Below are positions 59,701 through 64,000 of a stretch of DNA of 64,000 bases, one piece after another. Within the stretch, counting starts at the first letter, position 1, and each line of letters starts with the position of its first letter. The stretch comes from a virus. The stretch lies in IMG/VR virus record IMGVR_UViG_3300021335_000011, positions 8,062 to 72,061 of that record; one strand, given 5' to 3'. The notes under the pieces were generated by a model. The model made no database searches. It was not told the origin of the DNA and saw only the letters and a program-made list of their open reading frames with translations. The position numbers were made by a program, and so were the translations under genes.

Positions 59701-59871
59701 ACAGTTATTGCACTTAGCGGTCAATTAAAAGGCGGCATGTTCAGAATTAACCCTCAATCTCTTAGTATAAATACCACTATAGACAGTGCTGAGAATGCGC
59801 ATGTTGCTGGACCAATATCATTTGATAGCGGTGTAGTGCTAACAATCAACGGTAATTTGGTGATAAGCTAA
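56782..59871 (+). CDS. Asp-Ser-rich fibre protein with an internal tandem duplication
   Basis: IDSAYV repeats, two ITEV.DS..R.AISSP.EGDVA.QF modules, three F.NGILLIDS.DY modules. Confidence 0.75.
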   Translation: MARKTFTSRNRAFAALVRGVDNVIVNNAVDSAGAVEDIVDSAYIAARSTAGTDSAAIINLIDSAYVSARAGGGGGGGTITEVTDSSTREAISSPLEGDVAVQFQIGPGRNTGVTHNFGGATIVSWSVGANYSGAELTLNNSTFAAAAQPGDVIVVSSGTVQRYNSYHTVNAWQTQQTGNLIVAVKSITDANNLKVMLAVPVYWTSQNTTGYMNTNLKAYFDNAANPRGEIPSNATVAYSNDPNVNGTTGSQKLTGGTATLYRMFEKTIKSTWDTSGITSSPVNTSDNYQGEVTALTNSNPLIWFRNDSAWKPYVNDQITGTVDSAYTRNLIDSAYISSLKFIQNTTITEVSDSDQRVAISSPIEGDVAIQFRGGTGTSTGISYDFSGGQLWSKTVYLASGTNSLSYTSANDVGNGRFKWSHSTFDDHVQKGDVIVVENATVTTSPGVNPWASKSGTFMFACHTPKVGSTAPWYNIVAYFYDVPNGSSGYLNTDLGSYFSGTDGVATTTNPRGSIPAAAVMVHSYGNVNNSSATTTLVGGVATLYRMFDGTTYQDAYDTSGGGGGTAYTDQTGTVNAIGGLKPLVYHYNDAAFKPYVQNNILGTVDSAYINARVDPFDSSHVLGLVDSAYIQLRDRFQDSSGIVAIVDSSYIQSRQNSIVDSATTLTLISSLLDSAAPSRAFTYTFTASAGQTTFTGADTNNNVLGYSAGNIITFLNGILLIDSDDYVASSGTSIVLNSAASLNDVVNVVKFSAEGINLSHQQFKYTVSSPTTTFSGNDDNNNSLSYEAGELQVFLNGILLIDSQDYTATNGASVVLTAATDSSAVLAISKYSGSGLRQTATRAKHFVYTLPVPTTTITGADDNNSTLSYIQDQIQVFQNGILLIDSADYTATDGTSIVLGTASDSADTIVVTALRGSLTGGLDSANVLALAGGLDSAKVTQLIDSAYVGAIIDSAYVTARSGGGGGGGGTDSATVIALSGQLKGGMFRINPQSLSINTTIDSAENAHVAGPISFDSGVVLTINGNLVIS

Positions 59872-61661
59872 TGAGTAGAAATTCAGACATAGCCAAAATA
59901 CTGGGAAGGACTGAAGCAGCAAATGCTTCTAATACTGCATTGGGTACTGGATCTGGTGGAGTAACAGTTTATGATTCAACTGGTGAATTGCCAAGTACAG
60001 GTTTAACTTCGGGCGATCAAGCATTTGTAGAATCAGCCGGTGCATCTGGACAAAGTAGATTATATATTTCAAATGGATCTGGTTGGTATAACGTAGCACT
60101 CATTAATGCTACACCTAGATTAACACTGAGTAGTGAAGGTACAATTGCTTTGGCATCTGATGGTACTGCCACTACTATTACTATGACTGCTTTAGACTCT
60201 GATAATGCAAGTGCTAATTTGACTCTATCAATAGAGTCCGGTGGAGATCTATTTAAGTTTGCAACAGTATCACAAGATTCAAGTGTGGTAACAATAACAC
60301 CAAGAACAGAAGATTCCGCAGTAGCACTAGGCTATGATGGATCAGCTACTTTAACATTCAAGGCAAGTGATGGTATTAACCAAGCTACGGTACAAAATAC
60401 TTTCACATTAGCATTTACTATTGATTGGGCTACAGCTTCTACTACTTTAACCGTTATTGACGGTTTTGATAATAATGATAAATTTGGTAAAGGCCATTCT
60501 GGTCTTAACACAGATGGAACATATTTTGTTGTAGGTGCCGATGGAGATGATACTGATTATGGCCAACGAGGTGTAGCTAACGTTTATTATTATAATGGCA
60601 GCAGTTGGGGACTACAAACTGCATTGGCTCCACCTAATGCTGATAAAAAAGCAAATTTGAATTTTGGGTCATGTTGTGATATAGATGGTGATGGAGATAC
60701 GGCAGTTGTTTCAGCATCAAATTATGGCACATATCAAGGTGCAGTTTATGTTTATACAAGGTCTGGTACTACTTGGACTTATCGAACTAGATTAACTGCT
60801 TCTGATGGTGCAAACTATGATCAATTGGGCGGTGACAATAATAGTAGAGGTACTGCAATTAGTAAAGATGGAACATACATTATTGCTGGAGCTCGTCAAG
60901 ATGATGATGGTGGTAGTAACCATGGATCCGCATACATATATACTGGCTCCGGAGCTTCGTGGTCACAACAACAAAGAATAGCACCTTCGTCTTATAGTGG
61001 ATCTAGTAACCAGTTTGGCTTTGCTGTGGATATTAATAACGATGGTACTTATTGCGCAGTTTCTGCAAACCGCTGGGGCTCGCCTGATGTTGGTAAGGTG
61101 TTTATTTTCACTAGATCCGGATCAACTTGGTCAGAACAAGCATCTGTTACAGCGTCGGATGCAGCGTCAGCCGACAATTTTGGATGGCATATTTCAATGA
61201 ATGGCGCTGGAGATAGATTATTAGTTTACGCTAAGTATGACGATGACAATTACGATAGTTCTGGATCAATTTATGTTTATACAAGATCAGGTAGTACTTG
61301 GACACAAACAGCTAAGCTTGTCAAAGGTGATCCAACAACAAGTGGTTTTTATTATGATTACTGGGGAAAATGTACTTTAAATGAAGCTGGAGACATATTT
61401 GTTACACACGGACATGGCCCTGGAGACACAACGGCAGGAGCTGGTAGATGTTATGTATGGAAAGATAATTCATCTGGTACCGATGGTACGTCATGGTCAT
61501 TAATAAAAACTTTAACTACAACAGTAAGTGAAACTTATGGACTAGGTGCACATGACGGTTTTACAATGATAAGTAGAGATGGGAGCGTTATTGCAAATAC
61601 TTCTGGTAGAGCTCCAAACAACGATGAACAAGGTAAAGCTTACATATTTAATGTTTCTTAG
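59871..61661 (+). CDS. Virion protein with an FG-GAP-like beta-propeller
   Basis: Repeated FG......DG....V.A....G.(A/V)Y(V/I)(Y/F)TRSG.TW. Confidence 0.8.
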   Translation: MSRNSDIAKILGRTEAANASNTALGTGSGGVTVYDSTGELPSTGLTSGDQAFVESAGASGQSRLYISNGSGWYNVALINATPRLTLSSEGTIALASDGTATTITMTALDSDNASANLTLSIESGGDLFKFATVSQDSSVVTITPRTEDSAVALGYDGSATLTFKASDGINQATVQNTFTLAFTIDWATASTTLTVIDGFDNNDKFGKGHSGLNTDGTYFVVGADGDDTDYGQRGVANVYYYNGSSWGLQTALAPPNADKKANLNFGSCCDIDGDGDTAVVSASNYGTYQGAVYVYTRSGTTWTYRTRLTASDGANYDQLGGDNNSRGTAISKDGTYIIAGARQDDDGGSNHGSAYIYTGSGASWSQQQRIAPSSYSGSSNQFGFAVDINNDGTYCAVSANRWGSPDVGKVFIFTRSGSTWSEQASVTASDAASADNFGWHISMNGAGDRLLVYAKYDDDNYDSSGSIYVYTRSGSTWTQTAKLVKGDPTTSGFYYDYWGKCTLNEAGDIFVTHGHGPGDTTAGAGRCYVWKDNSSGTDGTSWSLIKTLTTTVSETYGLGAHDGFTMISRDGSVIANTSGRAPNNDEQGKAYIFNVS

Positions 61662-61670
61662 AGGATAAAA

Positions 61671-62915
61671 ATGCCAGTAAGTAAAAATAGAGATATTGCA
61701 ACAATGCTAGGAAAAACAGAAACACAAAATTCTGCTAACCTTGCTTTGTCTGTAGCAGATGGTGCAGGAGGAGGTTCTCTTACTGTGCATGATTCTATTG
61801 GTGCTCTTCCTTTATCTACTGCTACAGAAGGAAATATGGCATTTGTAAACTCAAATAGTCGTATGTATGTCTATAATGGTAATGGATGGTATTCGGCTAC
61901 AATTGTTAATACAACCCCGACATGGGCTGATAGTATTGGTGGCACCAATGGTGAACCTGCTGCATCTTATTCAATTGACGATAGTGCTACACCTTTAGTT
62001 GTTACTGTAGGAGCTACTGATCCAGAAGGTATACCAATTAGGTATCTTGGTACTGCATCAGATTCCGCTGATCCACTTATGCAAAGCATAATAGTAGATT
62101 CAGATGTTGGAACTGTTACATTTACACCAAATTCTTCTGCGACAGTATGGAGTAACGTTGCAGCTGGATTGCATAATGATTCTGCTGGTGGAGTATTTAC
62201 ATACACATTTAAAGCAACAGACGGTATTAATATTTTATCAAAAGATGTAACAATTAACTATATTGGATTAGCGGGTGGAGTTGTAAAACCTGAAACGCAG
62301 GGTACTGCATGGCAGAATGCCACAGTTACAATGACAGATGCGTACGGCGATGGTGGTACCTTCTCTACGAATTATGATACTAGTGCTTATCAGTGGAATA
62401 TGACTACACACTCAAACCTATTTGATGGTATGTTAGTACAACCTAAAACAATGGCATTGCCAGATGGTGAATTCCTAGCGATATATTGGTTCAAGGGACT
62501 TAGCGGAAATTCAAATCACAGAGGCGCCGGTGGATTTAGAGTGTATGCCGCAGATGATACCTTATTAGATTATGTGGCACTGAACAGTCGTAATGGAGAT
62601 AATGCTAGTGGTGTGACTACTTCTGGTTCGAATCCTGGAACAAAAACTACAAATGGTGCTAGTGCGTTTGGTGGATTAAGCAATTTTTATGTTGCATATC
62701 GTTATAGCCCGACAGCAGGATCAAAAATGTGGGTAAAATCTAACGGAACAAGTCCTGGTACCGGAGCAAACACTTGGATTCATGTAACAAGTAACACAAG
62801 TGCTACTGCTCCAGCATATCTCGGCGGCAGCATTAATAATAGGACAGCAACATCTGGTACCGTATCTATTCAAATGATAGATGCAACTAGCGAATTTAAC
62901 AATTTAACTTTCTAA
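61671..62915 (+). CDS. Virion accessory protein sharing its N-terminal module with 54332 and 59871
   Basis: TV.DS.G.LP, SR.Y..NG.GWY, TFKA.DGIN. Confidence 0.7.
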   Translation: MPVSKNRDIATMLGKTETQNSANLALSVADGAGGGSLTVHDSIGALPLSTATEGNMAFVNSNSRMYVYNGNGWYSATIVNTTPTWADSIGGTNGEPAASYSIDDSATPLVVTVGATDPEGIPIRYLGTASDSADPLMQSIIVDSDVGTVTFTPNSSATVWSNVAAGLHNDSAGGVFTYTFKATDGINILSKDVTINYIGLAGGVVKPETQGTAWQNATVTMTDAYGDGGTFSTNYDTSAYQWNMTTHSNLFDGMLVQPKTMALPDGEFLAIYWFKGLSGNSNHRGAGGFRVYAADDTLLDYVALNSRNGDNASGVTTSGSNPGTKTTNGASAFGGLSNFYVAYRYSPTAGSKMWVKSNGTSPGTGANTWIHVTSNTSATAPAYLGGSINNRTATSGTVSIQMIDATSEFNNLTF

Positions 62916-62925
62916 GAAGACAGCA

Positions 62926-63309
62926 ATGGCAAGCGAACTCAGAGTAACAACATTATCAAATGCAACTGGTGACGGGCCAGCAGCACTGACAAAGCAAGTT
63001 GCGGCGAAACATTGGACCAGTTGGAACCAAAGTGGCACATTAACAGTTGCTGGTAGCTTTAATCAAAGCAGTCTGACCGATGAACAATCTGCATATACAA
63101 CAGTTGCTTTTACTAGCAACATGAGCAATGACGATTATGCATATAGTGGATGTTGTCAAGGATCTAACCATGGCCAAACAATTTTTTGTGAATATTTGAC
63201 ATCTAATAAATTAACTAGTGCGACTCAAGTTCGAACGATGCATAACACAGACAATTCCGCTCAAAACCCTGATGACGTGATGATGCACACACACGGAGAC
63301 CTTGCATGA
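62926..63309 (+). CDS. Small fibre-associated protein
   Basis: MASELRV..L, AK.W, SFN.SSLTD, F..NM..DDY, terminal GDLA. Confidence 0.65.
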   Translation: MASELRVTTLSNATGDGPAALTKQVAAKHWTSWNQSGTLTVAGSFNQSSLTDEQSAYTTVAFTSNMSNDDYAYSGCCQGSNHGQTIFCEYLTSNKLTSATQVRTMHNTDNSAQNPDDVMMHTHGDLA

Positions 63310-64000
63310 GTAGAAATCTTTTATTAGCTACATTAGTTCAAGATTCTTCTGGTGATATTGCAGCAGATCGTTTTGATAAGCTTGTTGATAATACAATTGA
63401 ACCAGAAACATTAAACATGGCGGTTGATGTTGATTCTGCTGGGCATGGTGCTGACTGGAAATGGTCATGGAAGCCTACTACTTTACCATACGCTCGAGAA
63501 AATATTACAATGCTGGCACAAAATGAAGTACCTGTTTATAAAAGTGGTACATATTCTCTTATTAATTTTACTGCCTTTCGAATGCGAGATTCTGCAACTC
63601 AAACACATAAAATGTATTTAAAATGGATTGATGAACCTGGATTAAGTAATCTTGTAGATTGGGTTACGTACGACAGTGGAAATTTTACATTTGAAGGAGT
63701 AACTGGAGATTCAGCAACTCGTGCACAACGATTGAGATGGACTGTTCCATCATCTTATACTATACCAACTTTAAATACGAGTACTACTAATTATAATATA
63801 GGAGCTGTTTCTGGAGCGTATGTACATACAGGTACTCAGGTGGGCCAAAACGCGGCAATTCAATTACGTAGAGGAAATACTTATAATTTTGTTTTAGATG
63901 CTACTACAGTTGGCCATCCATTTTATTTATCAACTGATGATGGTTCAGGGTTTATTACTAATACATATGTTAATGAATATTTACACGGTGTTACAAACTC
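63306..64000 (+). CDS. Virion structural protein, truncated by the window end
   Basis: ATGA overlap; open frame MSRNLLLATLVQDSSGD...L.RG.TYNF...GHPFYLST to the end. Confidence 0.75.
   Translation, partial: MSRNLLLATLVQDSSGDIAADRFDKLVDNTIEPETLNMAVDVDSAGHGADWKWSWKPTTLPYARENITMLAQNEVPVYKSGTYSLINFTAFRMRDSATQTHKMYLKWIDEPGLSNLVDWVTYDSGNFTFEGVTGDSATRAQRLRWTVPSSYTIPTLNTSTTNYNIGAVSGAYVHTGTQVGQNAAIQLRRGNTYNFVLDATTVGHPFYLSTDDGSGFITNTYVNEYLHGVTN

Noticed and set aside
43783-59871. Repeats as a possible CRISPR array or DGR template/variable pair
   Set aside because: The repeats are in-frame protein repeats with synonymous variation. There is no constant repeat-spacer period, no adenine-specific mismatch pattern and no reverse transcriptase in the window.
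24346-62206. Numerous short minus-strand and alternate-frame ORFs inside structural genes
   Set aside because: Shadows of long low-complexity coding sequences, without RBS or recognisable motifs.
1-64000. tRNA/rRNA genes, integrase, transposase, introns or homing endonucleases
   Set aside because: None recognised; intergenic gaps are too short and core genes appear uninterrupted. A tRNAscan/Infernal run would be needed to exclude them formally.

Overview
A 64-kb, AT-rich segment of a large T4-like myophage, with gene content and order typical of marine T4-like phages; the host cannot be determined from this window. 1-7.9 kb holds early/accessory genes behind repeated TGTACA-N17-TAkAAT promoters: an FkbM methyltransferase, small ORFs, a lipoprotein, a FabF-like ketosynthase, gp33 and gp32. 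7.9-34.6 kb is the tail/baseplate module under TATAAATA late promoters: tape-measure-like, gp26/51, gp54, gp2, gp4, gp48, gp53, hub, split gp5, gp25, gp6, gp7, gp9/10-like, gp8 and a VrlC-like protein. 34.6-43.0 kb is an inverted 13-gene cassette of modifying enzymes: 4 glycosyltransferase-like, a methyltransferase, radical SAM, a PLP enzyme, a P-loop kinase-like and three AspH-like 2OG-Fe oxygenases. 43.2-64 kb encodes giant repetitive fibre/adhesin proteins. Top observations: (1) peripheral virion proteins are saturated with an Asp-Ser motif (D-S-[A/D/G/S/N/T]) that is nearly absent from hub, replication and receptor-head domains, and they flank the enzyme cassette, which suggests a phage-encoded virion post-translational modification system; (2) a likely programmed -1 frameshift (T TTT TTT plus a downstream 11-bp stem) joining gp26 to a start-less gp51-like ORF directly upstream of the tape measure gene, lambda G/GT style; (3) a candidate structured ncRNA at ~886-1010. 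All product calls come from motif recognition by eye; no searches were run.
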